NCBI GenBank assembly: GCA_963704725.1
Contig: OY969934.1
Span: 1,120,001 to 1,184,000 of the forward strand
Length of the DNA stretch: 64,000 bases
Source of the DNA: an uncultured Actinomycetes bacterium
Lineage (GTDB): Bacteria > Actinomycetota > UBA4738 > HRBIN12
Direction of reading: 5' to 3'
The notes under the pieces: model-generated
What the model saw: the letters and a program-made list of their open reading frames with translations, nothing else
What the model was told of the DNA's origin: nothing
Databases searched by the model: none
Program-made: the position numbers and the translations under genes
Shown here: piece after piece, positions 19,332 to 29,293 of the stretch
How the letters are laid out: each line of letters begins with the position of its first letter
Numbering within the stretch: the first letter of the stretch is position 1

Positions 19332-21026
19332 ATGTCGGTCGAAGACCGAGGCACCTACCCCACCGACGACGAGGATCCCCAGGACCCCGGCGTCGTTCGC
19401 AGGATCCACGGGAGCGGGGGAGGCCGGCACCGCCGCGGCCGGGCCGCCGCCGCCGCGGAGGCGGCGCTCGCGACCGAGCCCGAGCCCCTGTTCACCACCG
19501 TGACCGAGTTCGATCCGTTCGAGCCGGCGCCGGAGCTGGTAGTCGACCTGGCCGAGCCCGAACGCCGCGTGGAGGAGCTGGCGCAGCGCGCCGTCGTCCC
19601 GCCCGGTCCCGAGCCGGCGCCGCCGGCGACCGGCCCGATCGAGGCGCCGGTCCGGCCGGGGCTGTTCTCGAGCTTCCGCGGGTGGTGGCGGCAGGAGTCG
19701 ATGGCCCGGGCCGCCCAGAAGCGGGCGTTCGCCACGGCCGAGGCCATCATGCGGGCCCAGGCCGTCGAGCAGACCACCACGCAGCCGCTGGAGAAGGGAC
19801 CGACCCCCGAGTCGTACAGCCAGGCCGTGCGGAGCGTGATGACGCTCACCGAGGAGCGGTTCCAGGCCCTCGGGCTTCGCTCCGACCGGCTCCAGGACGA
19901 GCTGCGGGGGATCTCCCGCACGATGAGCGAGCTTCACGGGCTCGTGTTGACCGGCGGGTTCGAGGGCGTGGGCGAGGCCGCCCAGAGCGCGCTCGGCACG
20001 CTCGAGGAGCGGTTCGACGCGCTGCTCACGGCGCTATCGGACGAGTTCCACCGCCGCGCTGCCGACACCGACCGGCGGCTGGCCGAGCAGCTCACCCTGC
20101 AGAGCGCCGAGCTGGCCGCCCTGCTCGAGAGCGCCGTCCAGCGCATCCGCGACGCCATCCCGGAGGGGTTCCAGGAGCTGAAGGCGGCGATCCCGGAGGG
20201 CTTCGACGCCGTGCAGAAGGCGATCCCCGGCGAGATCGAGCGGATCCGCTCGGTGATCCCCGAGGAGATGGAGCGCCTGCGAGCGCTGCAGCACAAGGAG
20301 CTCGACCAGATCCTCAACGTGTCCCAGAAGCAGATGGACGTGATGCGGGCGATCCAGCACGAGGAGCTCGAGAGGATGCGCGCCGCGATCCCCGAGGGGT
20401 TCGGCGAGGTCCGCGCCATGCTGCCCGAGGAGCTCGAGAAGATCCGCGCGACCGTCCCGGTCGAGATGGAGAAGATCCGCGAGATGCTCCCGGGCGAGAT
20501 CGATCGGGTGATCGAGGCCGGCGCCGACGAGTTCGACCGCATCCGGGCGCAGATCCCGGACGAGATCGAGAAGGTCCGCCTGACGATCCCCGCGGAGATC
20601 GAGCGCGTCAAGGCCTCGATCCCCGAGGCCATGGGCCGCGTGATCCGCGTCATCCCCGGCCAGGTGGAGCGGCTCACCGCGGAGAACGCCGAGATGCTCT
20701 CGGCGCTTCGGCTGCAGACGGCCGAGGCGCTGGAGCGGCTGCGATCCTCCAACGAGGAGGTGCTGGAGGAGCTGTCGAGCTCGCTCAACCAGGTCACGAC
20801 GGGGGAGCTCGAGCGGTTCCGCGAGCAGGCCGACCAGCAGATCGACCGTGTCCGGTGGGCCATCCCCGCCGAGGTGGAGAGCGCCCGCGGCACGAGCCTG
20901 GAGGAGCTCGATCGGATCCGGGGCGAGATGGCGGAGCTCTCGGCTCAGGTGGGCGAGGTGATAGCCCAGATCGGGGCGCTCACCTCCGCGGTCTCGGGCG
21001 AGGGGGATGGCGCCGAGTCGCGCTAG
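19332..21026 (+). CDS. hypothetical protein with about 20 tandem 11-residue amphipathic helical repeats
   Basis: GGAGG RBS, strong GC3 bias, repeats such as IRSVIPEEMER / IRAQIPDEIEK / VRLTIPAEIER. Confidence 0.8.
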   Translation: MSVEDRGTYPTDDEDPQDPGVVRRIHGSGGGRHRRGRAAAAAEAALATEPEPLFTTVTEFDPFEPAPELVVDLAEPERRVEELAQRAVVPPGPEPAPPATGPIEAPVRPGLFSSFRGWWRQESMARAAQKRAFATAEAIMRAQAVEQTTTQPLEKGPTPESYSQAVRSVMTLTEERFQALGLRSDRLQDELRGISRTMSELHGLVLTGGFEGVGEAAQSALGTLEERFDALLTALSDEFHRRAADTDRRLAEQLTLQSAELAALLESAVQRIRDAIPEGFQELKAAIPEGFDAVQKAIPGEIERIRSVIPEEMERLRALQHKELDQILNVSQKQMDVMRAIQHEELERMRAAIPEGFGEVRAMLPEELEKIRATVPVEMEKIREMLPGEIDRVIEAGADEFDRIRAQIPDEIEKVRLTIPAEIERVKASIPEAMGRVIRVIPGQVERLTAENAEMLSALRLQTAEALERLRSSNEEVLEELSSSLNQVTTGELERFREQADQQIDRVRWAIPAEVESARGTSLEELDRIRGEMAELSAQVGEVIAQIGALTSAVSGEGDGAESR

Positions 21027-22090
21027 CAGACCTTCAGCAGGAACGGGTTGGGGTCGACCGCCGGCCCGTTGTCCGGGTGCCACTCGAAGTGGTCGTGGTT
21101 GGCGCCCGTGTCGCCGGTGTGACCCACGTAGCCGATGATGTCTCCGGCCTCGACGGGGCCGAGCTGTCCCAGCCGGGACAGGTGGGCGTTGTACACGTAC
21201 CCGTACTCCCCGTACACCTTCACCGCCAGGCCCCCGATGTGGTTGCGCGCGTTCACGGCGATCCCGTCGAACGGCGCCACGATCGGCGTCCCCTCCGCCG
21301 CCATCATGTCGTTCCCCTGGTGGACGTGGGGTCCACCCCACTTCTTGGACCGGATCACCCACACGCCGAAGTTGTCGGCGATCGCCACCGGCCCGTCGAC
21401 GGGACAGACCTGGAGCGGGCGCCACTTGGCGATCACGTCGAGCACGTCGTCCTTGTGCACCTTCAGCCGGTCGAACAGGCGCTGGGACTCGGCCAGCCGC
21501 TGCCGGAGCTCGACGCGCTGGACTGCGAGCTGCTGCAACGCGAGCTGGCGAGCGCGCTCCAAGCGTAGGAACTCGGCGCGGCTCCGCGACAGACGCTCCG
21601 CGTTCTGCTGCACCTTGGCGGCGAGCACGGAGTCGCGGCGGTTCATCTCGGTGATGAAGGAGAGACGCTCCGCGGCCTCGCCGGCCGAGGTGGCGGTGAG
21701 CAGGTACAGGACCGGGGCGCCCGGCCCCTGGATGTAGGCCTGGCGGTTGCGCTCGTTCAGGTGGGTCTGCAGGCCGGCCGTGCGAACCTCGAGCACCGCG
21801 ATGGAGAACTGCAGCGTCTCCATCTTGTCGTCGGCCGCGGCGATCTGCGACTCGTTCAGGGCGATCTCGGTGGCGAGCCGGTTGAGGCCCCGCTGCAGGG
21901 CGTTGAGCTTGCGGGCCCGCTCGCGGATCCGGGCCTTGGTCTCGCGAAGCTCAACCCGTGCCTGGTGCAGCTCCTTGTCCACGGCCTGCCCGGTCCCCGG
22001 CGCGAGCGTGAGCGCCATGCCCATCGCGAGCGCGATGACTACCGCGATCGCGCGTGCCGAACGCACCCTGGCGGATCTCGAACCCCTCAC
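21023..22090 (-). CDS. secreted coiled-coil M23 peptidoglycan endopeptidase
   Basis: signal peptide, long coiled coil, HQGND (HxxxD), YNAHL, IGYVG.TG, HDH (HxH); TACCGT -10 7 nt before GTG. Confidence 0.9.
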   Translation of the reverse strand: MRGSRSARVRSARAIAVVIALAMGMALTLAPGTGQAVDKELHQARVELRETKARIRERARKLNALQRGLNRLATEIALNESQIAAADDKMETLQFSIAVLEVRTAGLQTHLNERNRQAYIQGPGAPVLYLLTATSAGEAAERLSFITEMNRRDSVLAAKVQQNAERLSRSRAEFLRLERARQLALQQLAVQRVELRQRLAESQRLFDRLKVHKDDVLDVIAKWRPLQVCPVDGPVAIADNFGVWVIRSKKWGGPHVHQGNDMMAAEGTPIVAPFDGIAVNARNHIGGLAVKVYGEYGYVYNAHLSRLGQLGPVEAGDIIGYVGHTGDTGANHDHFEWHPDNGPAVDPNPFLLKVC

Positions 22091-22428
22091 GATCGCGACG
22101 GTAGGGCGGCGATCGGCGCGTCTCTACCGCGCAACGACCTCCCCCGAGGGCGCGGCGGCCACTCGCCCCCTCGGCCGATGCCGATGGGTCGTTCGGTGCC
22201 GCTCGGGGGACAGGCACCCGTGGCCCGGCTCCGGGCTCGCAGGTCCCCCGCTCGGCGGGTCGATGCTCCCTTCCCCGGCAGGGTGCCCGGTTGGAATGTC
22301 AACCGAGCCCTGCGGCGGCGGAACCGAAGACCCGGTTCGCGACGTCTCGGGGCCGTGGGGGCCTGGATGGCCGGGCGGGATCGAGCCGGCCGATGGCGGG
22401 GCGATCCGCCGGGAAGGAAGGACCGGGC

Positions 22429-23853
22429 ATGAAGGGACACGCACGCACGTATGGATTCCGGCCGGCGGTGCTGGTCTCGCTCCTGGGGTTGGTGCGTCCT
22501 CGGGCTCGCGACGCCGGCCGCGGCGGCGCCGCCGAGTCATCACGGCGTTCTCGCCGAGGTCGGGGCCGGCAGGGACGTCGGTCACCATCTCCGGGACGTT
22601 CGGGTGCCCCGTGCCCACGCTGGCCACGCAGGTGACGTTCAACGGGGTGAACGCGTTCAGCTACACGGCGCACGGCCGCCACGATCACGGCGATCGTCCC
22701 CATGACTGCCACGACCGGGCTGATCGTGGTCACGGAATGCCGACGGCACCGATGACACGAGCGGCCTCGTGACGCCGAACTTCACGGTCACGGCGCTGCC
22801 CGCTCCCACGGTCAGCTCCATCTCGCCGACGTGCGGGCGCGCAGGGGTCGACGGTCGCGATCACCGGCACGGGCCTGATCGGCACGGCACCGTGACGTTC
22901 GCGCCGGACAAGATCGCCACGTTCACCGATCGTTGTCGCCGACGCAGGTGAAGCGCGACCGTTCGGCCGCGCCGTCGCCGCGGCGGTGACCGGGGTGATC
23001 TCGATCACGACCTCGGCCGGGGCCGAGTGGCGGAGGGACCGTGAACACGCCGACGTTCAACGTCTCGGCGACCTGTCCCACGGTCTCCTCGTTCACGCCG
23101 ACGCTCGGCGGGGTGGGGACCGTCGTCACGATCACCGGGACCAACTTCACGGGCGCGACCGCCGTCCGGTTCAACAACGTCACGTCGACCTTCTCGGTGG
23201 TCTCGTCGAGTCAGATCACGGCGACGGTGCCCACGAACGCCACCACCGGCAGGATCTCGGTGACCACGCCGAGCGGGACCGCCACCAGCGCGGCGAACTT
23301 CACGGTGATCCCCGCCCCGACGATCACGTCGTTCACGCCCACCAGCGGACCCCGGGGGACGGTGGTCACGATCGTCGGCACCAACTTCAGCGGGTCGGGC
23401 TTCACGGCGACGTCGGTCACCTTCAACAACGTCGCCGCGACCTTCACCGTGAACCTGTCGACCCAGATCACCGCGACCGTTCCCTCGACCGCGGTGACCG
23501 GACCGATCAAGGTCACCACCACGGGAGGCACCGGGACCAGCGCCACGAGCTTCTCGGTGACCGGAGTCACGCACGCCCGGAGCGTGTCGCTCTCGTTCGA
23601 GGCCCTGCGGGTCTCGGGCAGCGTCACGGCCCAGGACGGCTTCGACGCGTGCGAGCAGCTCGTTCCGGTGGCGATCCAGCGCCGGGGGCATCGCGGCGGA
23701 TGGCGGCTCGTGGAGCTTCTTTCGACCAACCGGCACGGCGTCTTCGGCGGTTTCGTGCTGAACGGGTCGGCCACGTATCGGGCGAAGGCCCTCAAGGTGA
23801 CGGTCGCCTCCGGCGACACCTGCGTCAGGAGCACGTCACCGCCTCGCGGCTGA
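22429..23853 (+). CDS. secreted IPT/TIG repeat protein, several frameshifts in 22490-23040
   Basis: repeats P.ITSF.P.SG..GT.VTI.GTNF....V.FN....ITATVP..A.TG.I.VTT in several frames; RBS and signal peptide at 22429. Confidence 0.8.
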
Positions 23854-23873
23854 CGGATCGGGTTCACGGCACT

Positions 23874-23910
23874 GGGAGCCGGCCTCCGATGGGCCGGCTC
23901 CCTTCTGGTT
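23874..23910 (+). terminator. intrinsic terminator
   Basis: GGGAGCCGGCC-N7-GGCCGGCTCCC followed by TTCT. Confidence 0.7.
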
Positions 23911-23991
23911 CCCGAGTGAAGGTCCCGGTCCGCCAGGTTTCTGGGGGGCTCGCCACTACTTGCCGCGTGGTAGTCTACCGAACGTCAAGTT

Positions 23992-25431
23992 ATGACGAGA
24001 TACCGATTCCCCAACCACGGCGAGTTCCTCGACCGCCGGCAGGAGCTGGAGCGGCTGGGGCGGTGGTGGGACGACGCCGACGACCGGTTCCCGCTCATCC
24101 TCTACGGCAGGCGGCGCACGGGGAAGAGCTGGCTCCTGCGGGAGTTCGCCCACGGCAAGGACGCCGACTTCTTCGTCTGCGACACCCGCGCCGAGGGCGA
24201 TCAGCTCGCCACCTTCGCCACCCGCCTGGAGGCGTCTCTGGGCTTCCGTCCCGAGCTGCGCGACTTCCGGGCCTTCTACGACGTGCTCCTGCGGCCCACC
24301 GATCGGCAACGCCTGATCGTGATCGACGAGTTCCCCCTCCTGCTCCAGGCCGGCCGCGGAGCCGAGTCGAGCCTGGCGGCGGCGATGGAGGAGTCGGTCG
24401 AAGCATCGCGCGTTCGGCTCGTGTTGTGCGGCTCGCAGATCGCCACCATGGAGCACCTCCTGGCCGAGCGGGCGCCCCTGCACGGCAGGGGGACTCCGCT
24501 GCTCATGCGGCCGATGGCGTTCGGCGACGCGATGCGGTTCCTCGGCGATCACCGCATCGAGGATGCGGTCACGCGACACGCGATCGCCGGAGGGATGCCG
24601 CTGTACCTCCGTCGACTCGGACGAAGGGGCACGCTGAGGTCCGTGCTGTGCGACGACGTCCTCGACCCGTTGGCACCGTTCTTCGACGAGGTCCGAGAGA
24701 TCCTCACGATGGAGCTGACGACGACGGCGATCCATTTCTCGCTCCTGGCCGCGCTGGCCGGAGCTCCCAGCCTGGCCTGGGAGGAGCTGGTTCGCCGATC
24801 ACGGGTGGAGGAATCGACGGCCTCGAAGTACATCCGCGTGCTCGAGGACCTGCACATCGTCGGATCGGCGAACCCGGTATTCGCCCCCTCGAACGCCCGC
24901 CGTCGCCGCTACCGCGTCGCCGATCCCTTCGTCGGCTTCTGGTTCCGGTTCGTCTTCCCGTACCAGGCGGACCTGATGGCGGGCCTGGAACCCGGCGACC
25001 ACTTCGACCGCAACGTGGCGCCGTTCCTCTCCGAGCATGCGTCCTGGGTGTTCGAGCGCATCTGCCAGGCGTGGGTCCGGGAGCGGTTCGGGGGCACGAC
25101 CGACACCGTCGGTTCCTGGTGGGGGCCGGCCCGGAACGACCTGCGGCGGGCCGGCACCCGCTCGACCGAGGAGATCGACGTCGTCGGTGGGCGCGGATCC
25201 GTCGCCACGGTGGTCGGGGAGTGCCGGTGGCAGTCGAAGGCGATGGGGAGAGAGGTCCTCGACGACCTGCTCGAGTACAAGGTCCCCGCCTTGGCGCAGA
25301 GCGGCGTGGACACCGCTTCGACGAGGATCGTGCTGTTCTCCAGGAGCGGGTTCCGCCGGGGGCTCGTGGACGAGGCCGAGCGAAGGGGCGACGTCGAGCT
25401 CGTGGATCTGCGAGCGCTCGACCCGAGGTAG
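23992..25431 (+). CDS. archaeal-type AAA ATPase with wHTH and C-terminal DUF234 PD-(D/E)XK-like domain
   Basis: F.DR..EL, YGRRRTGKS, VIDEFP, LCGS, GGMPLYL, DPF..FWFRF, FE, WW, EIDVV...GECRW. Confidence 0.88.
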   Translation: MTRYRFPNHGEFLDRRQELERLGRWWDDADDRFPLILYGRRRTGKSWLLREFAHGKDADFFVCDTRAEGDQLATFATRLEASLGFRPELRDFRAFYDVLLRPTDRQRLIVIDEFPLLLQAGRGAESSLAAAMEESVEASRVRLVLCGSQIATMEHLLAERAPLHGRGTPLLMRPMAFGDAMRFLGDHRIEDAVTRHAIAGGMPLYLRRLGRRGTLRSVLCDDVLDPLAPFFDEVREILTMELTTTAIHFSLLAALAGAPSLAWEELVRRSRVEESTASKYIRVLEDLHIVGSANPVFAPSNARRRRYRVADPFVGFWFRFVFPYQADLMAGLEPGDHFDRNVAPFLSEHASWVFERICQAWVRERFGGTTDTVGSWWGPARNDLRRAGTRSTEEIDVVGGRGSVATVVGECRWQSKAMGREVLDDLLEYKVPALAQSGVDTASTRIVLFSRSGFRRGLVDEAERRGDVELVDLRALDPR

Positions 25432-25474
25432 GCAACGCCTCGTTTCCGTGCACCTGTGCCGATCCGTCGCTCGA

Positions 25475-25891
25475 TCAGATGCGCGGCTCGACCATGGCTC
25501 GCGCCCAAGTGACGAACCGGCCGGCGGCATCGACCCCGCGCCGAGCCTCGTCGGGGCGAGTGGGCCGAGACTCGTACGCCACGAGGTTCTTGCGCGCCAG
25601 GAGGTCGCCGAGTCGCCGGACTTGCCGGCGTCCCTCATCGTCGGGTCCGACCGCCTCTCGGAGAAGATCCTCGGCGCGAGCGTGGTCCGGGTCGGTCGAT
25701 CGTCGGCCTGCGAGAGCCACGGTCACGGCATCGGCGGCGCTGACGGCGGCGTGGATGGCATTGAGCATGGCCGCGTCGCTCCGCCCGTTGGCCAGCGCTG
25801 ATCGCGCTTCGTCCAGGAACTGGGTCGATTTGCCCAGATAGAGGCGTGCCTCTCCCCGGGGTGCGTCGACCGTCTTACGCCTGGGTGTCAT
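25475..25891 (-). CDS. HEPN domain protein
   Basis: YL.K..QFL, NAIHAAVSAADA, H, LL.RKNLVAY; directly downstream of an MNT gene. Confidence 0.75.
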   Translation of the reverse strand: MTPRRKTVDAPRGEARLYLGKSTQFLDEARSALANGRSDAAMLNAIHAAVSAADAVTVALAGRRSTDPDHARAEDLLREAVGPDDEGRRQVRRLGDLLARKNLVAYESRPTRPDEARRGVDAAGRFVTWARAMVEPRI

Positions 25892-26504
25892 CCGCCGGAT
25901 CTTCGCCCACAGGGACCCGGAGGCCCTCCCGAAGGATCTTTCTCCACAGGCGGAAGCCTGGTCGACCGGGCCGCGTGAGGGCCGCGAGGGATCCCTGCCC
26001 CACGGTGACGTTGAGCCGAGAGCCGTACCTGATCCTGACCTCCTCGGTCAATTGGTCGAGAGGGTCCGACACGTCGGTACCGTCGACGATGACGAGAGCG
26101 AGGTCGATGTCGCTCGATCCGGACATGTCTCCTCGCGCGGCGCTCCCGAACAGGTAGGCGTCCAGCACGCTCGGCGCGTGGCGGCCAGCCCAGTCACTCA
26201 GGTGCGCGATGAGAGACTCCAGGAGCGCGTCCTCGGCGGCGAACATGGACTCGAGGGCCGACGCCAGCACGTGGGTGCGGTTCGGCTCATAGAGGTCGAG
26301 ACGCACTCTCCTGGTCACGTTCACGACGCCGCGGTCTACCAGCCCCGGCATAGCCCGAAGCACGGTTGGGTGGGAGACACCCGCCAGCCGTGCGACGTCC
26401 CTGCCGCTCAGCCCTGGACCGGTCGGCGTCCTGAAGATCGCTCGCAGCACACGGACGTGGCTGCCGGTGGCGAAGAGATGATCGAGCGGTCTCGACAGCT
26501 CCAT
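25875..26504 (-). CDS. HTH + minimal nucleotidyltransferase (MNT antitoxin)
   Basis: SGRDVARLAGVSHPTV HTH; LFGSAARG...SDIDL. Confidence 0.85.
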   Translation of the reverse strand: MELSRPLDHLFATGSHVRVLRAIFRTPTGPGLSGRDVARLAGVSHPTVLRAMPGLVDRGVVNVTRRVRLDLYEPNRTHVLASALESMFAAEDALLESLIAHLSDWAGRHAPSVLDAYLFGSAARGDMSGSSDIDLALVIVDGTDVSDPLDQLTEEVRIRYGSRLNVTVGQGSLAALTRPGRPGFRLWRKILREGLRVPVGEDPADDTQA

Positions 26505-26524
26505 GCTGGTTTGGGATCGTACCA

Positions 26525-26546
26525 AGTGGTACAGATCATTACCACT
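26525..26546. promoter_or_regulatory. inverted-repeat operator upstream of MNT-HEPN
   Basis: perfect AGTGGTA-N8-TACCACT about 20 nt upstream of the ATG. Confidence 0.55.
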
Positions 26547-26551
26547 CGGGT

Positions 26552-27100
26552 CTAACCCGCCGGGCCGGCGAACGTCGGCGGGTCCCCCAACACGTCGTCG
26601 AGCGACGGGTTGGCCAGGTGCCGCTCGGACAGGATCGGCGAGGCCGACGGCCACGGCAGGCCGAGCGCGGGGTCGTCCCAGGCCAGGCCGAACTCGTCGT
26701 CGCCCGTGAACTCGCCGTCGACGAGGTACAACAACAGGAGCTCCGTCTCGGCGAAGAAGCCGTGGGCCACCCCGGGCGGGATGGCCAGCCCCACGCGCCG
26801 CTCGTCCGCGTCGATGCGGATCGAGGCGGTCTCGAGCCGGGTGGGCGAGCCCTCGCGCAGGTCTACGAGCCGGACGTGCCCGATCCCCGTCAGCACGCAC
26901 CAGTAGTCGGCCTGGCGCCGGTGCCGGTGCAGGCCCCGCAGGACCCCGGCGACGGACCGGGACAGGTTGGCCTGGACGGCCTCGCGGCCCCCGGCCACCC
27001 CCGACCGCCGGTACAGCTCGGTCAGCGAGCCCCGGGCGTCAGTGTGCGAGGACAGGTCGAACCGGCGCACGCCGGCGATCCTGAGCTCGTCTTCGCCCAC
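26552..27100 (-). CDS. rmlC: dTDP-4-dehydrorhamnose 3,5-epimerase family, copy 1
   Basis: DARG...E.YR, QANLSRS, VLRGLH, VDLR..SPT, IPPGVAHGF, WDDP....W. Confidence 0.85.
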   Translation of the reverse strand: MGEDELRIAGVRRFDLSSHTDARGSLTELYRRSGVAGGREAVQANLSRSVAGVLRGLHRHRRQADYWCVLTGIGHVRLVDLREGSPTRLETASIRIDADERRVGLAIPPGVAHGFFAETELLLLYLVDGEFTGDDEFGLAWDDPALGLPWPSASPILSERHLANPSLDDVLGDPPTFAGPAG

Positions 27101-27173
27101 GACGCCGCATCCTACGTGGGCGGGGACCAACGACGCTGGGGCAGCGACCGGCTACGAATGCGCCTACCTGGAG

Positions 27174-27192
27174 GTCTACTTGTTGGTAGACT
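27174..27192. promoter_or_regulatory. palindromic operator overlapping the -10 of the MazEF-like operon
   Basis: GTCTAC-N6-GTAGAC overlapping TAGACT just before the GTG start. Confidence 0.55.
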
Positions 27193-27198
27193 CCGAAC

Positions 27199-27438
27199 GT
27201 GAGCACGACGATCCGGGTCAGCGAGCACACCCGGGACCGCCTGGCCCGCTTGTCTCGGGCCACCGGGAAGCCCATGACCGAGCTCCTGGACGAAGCGGCC
27301 GACGCCCTCGAGCGGCAGCTCTTCTTCGACCAGCTCGAGGCGCGGTTCGCGGCGCTGCGCGAGGACCGGGACACGTGGGCCGAGATCGAGGCCGAGCGAG
27401 CGATCGAGGACCGATCCCTCGGCGACGCCTCTGCGTGA
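27199..27438 (+). CDS. RHH-type antitoxin
   Basis: STTIRVS..TRDRL..L.....M.ELLD.A; acidic tail; GTGA overlap with the toxin. Confidence 0.8.
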   Translation: MSTTIRVSEHTRDRLARLSRATGKPMTELLDEAADALERQLFFDQLEARFAALREDRDTWAEIEAERAIEDRSLGDASA

Positions 27439-27773
27439 GCCCACGTCGAGGCGAGATATGGCTCGTCGACTTCGGTGAGCCGGTCGGGAGCGAGCAAGCG
27501 GGGAGACGCCCGGCCGTGGTCGTCTCCGCCGACCGGCTGAACGAGAGCCGGGCGGGCGTGGTGATCGTGGTGCCGTGCACCACGACGTATCGAGGGCTCC
27601 CGTCGCACGTAGAGATCGACCTTTTGACATCCGGCCTGGACGAGGTGAGTTACGCGAAGTGCGAAGACGTCAAGTCGGTGTCCGATCGCTGGCTGGTTGC
27701 CCGGCTGGGTGCCGTGGACGATGAGGCGCTCTTCGGGATCGCGAGGGCCCTCCGCTTCCTGCTCGAAGCCTGA
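27435..27773 (+). CDS. mazF: PemK/MazF family toxin
   Basis: RGEIWLVDF..PVGSEQAGRRPAVVVS, VVPCTT, SYAKCEDVKSVS..RLG. Confidence 0.9.
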   Translation: MSPRRGEIWLVDFGEPVGSEQAGRRPAVVVSADRLNESRAGVVIVVPCTTTYRGLPSHVEIDLLTSGLDEVSYAKCEDVKSVSDRWLVARLGAVDDEALFGIARALRFLLEA

Positions 27774-27892
27774 GGGCCTCGTGGGCCAGGCGCACCGAAT
27801 CCTACGCGGCGGGAACCGAACGGCCGCTCTGGCGACGGGACGCGCGTCGTCCGCCCGAACCCGAGCGGCCCGCCGTCCTCGCCGCAAACGAA

Positions 27893-27920
27893 GAGAGCCG
27901 GCCCGAGGGCCGGCTCTCTC
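27893..27920. terminator. terminator hairpin between convergent genes
   Basis: GAGAGCCGGCCC-GA-GGGCCGGCTCTC. Confidence 0.65.
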
Positions 27921-27940
27921 GTTCGAACGAGTGGCGGGTG

Positions 27941-29045
27941 CTACTGAACGACCACCCGGTCCGAGCTCGAACCGCGGCACCGCCGGGTCCGCTCGAACTT
28001 GGCCTCGTACGCGGCCGTCCCGGAGCCCGGGAGCGACGTGTGGAAGCTGAACGTCGCCGTTGCGGTTGGTCGTGGCCGTTCCGATCTCCTGGTGCCCGCG
28101 CAGGATGTGGATCAGCGCGTGGCGCTTGCAGTCGTTGCGCCGGCAGCGGAGCTTGCCGTGCAGCGTGATGGCCTGGCTGGGACCTCCGGAGTCCGGAGCC
28201 CGAAGCGACAGCGACGTGTGCACCCGGTGGTGACCGCCACCGCCACCTCCACCACCGCCGCCCCCACCGCCACCGGGGCTGAACGGGGCCTGGATGATGA
28301 TGGACTCGCCGTCCGTGATGTTCGCGGTGTCGAACGAGACCTGCAGCAGCCGGCCGGTGCCCGGCGCGCCCGCGGAGGCTCCCTCGGTGATCCCCACCGT
28401 GGCCGAGGCGCCGAAGTCGTTCCCGGGGTTGACGGACTGGACGTCGAGGTAGCGGAACTCGATCTGCCCGGTCTCGAACAGCGCCACCTGGAACGTGTAG
28501 GGGTCGGCCGCGTCGCACACGGCGAAGGGGCTGACCTCGTTCCACTGGACGATGAACTGCGACCCGCCGACCGAGGGGACGACCTGCGTGTACACGGCGT
28601 CGTCCGTGCTGCAGCTCGTGACCCAGTCGTCCCACATGGGTGCGATCGTCGGCTCGGCCGGCGGCGACGTCGTGAGGTCGTCGTTGGTGAAGTCGGCGTT
28701 CCCGGCCCCGAACGTGAGTCCGCCGTTGCTGTTCACGAACACGTCCGTATAGACGGTGGGCGCGAGGGCGTTCACCCCGTAGAACGGGAAGCCACCGAAC
28801 AGGACCCCGAACTCCGGAGGGAACACGACGTCGACGGCGACGTCGTCGACGTTGTCCAGCCCCGGGACCAGGGTGCCGGTGCCGCTGATGTCCTGGAACC
28901 CCGACCCGCCGAGCGTGTTGGCGGTGTAGCCGAACGTGTCCGGTCCGAACACGTCGGCCGACGCCGGTCCGGCGAACGGTACGAGCAGGGCGAGCGCGGC
29001 GAGGGCCACCAGACCCACTTTCGCGCTCCGGGCCAATCGTCTCAT
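27941..29045 (-). CDS. secreted nidogen/NIDO-like domain protein with poly-Gly linker and basic C-terminal domain; frameshift near 28053
   Basis: signal peptide; FPFYG, VNSNG.LTF, IAPMWDD, FIVQW, TFQVALF..G.I.F.Y; the shifted frame gives TFSFHT...YEAK...CRGSSSDRVVVQ* ending just before the terminator. Confidence 0.75.
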
Positions 29046-29293
29046 CTCGTTCTCCCTCCGATTCTGTGCGCGTTCCTCGCGCCGACCCGCAGCGAACTCC
29101 CGGAGGACGCCGCGGCGGCGCGACTGCCCGGCGTGACTCTAGGTGCCAGGTGGTTGCGGGTCAACGCCATGCGATCCGGATCGCTCGCGACCCGGAGCTT
29201 CCCTACGTCAGCCTCCCGACCCGGGGCGTGGACACACCCCACATGCGTCCCCTACCCCCTTAGCAACGTCGGGGCGCGGCCGAGGTTGCCCCC

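Noticed and set aside
22091-22428. c-di-AMP (ydaO) riboswitch upstream of the M23 peptidase
   Set aside because: The conserved GAATC / GGGG.GAA / CCCGTCAGCTAAC elements are absent and the gene appears leaderless.
28233-28275. Poly-Gly tract as a phase-variable repeat
   Set aside because: It uses mixed GGN codons in frame, consistent with a simple interdomain linker.
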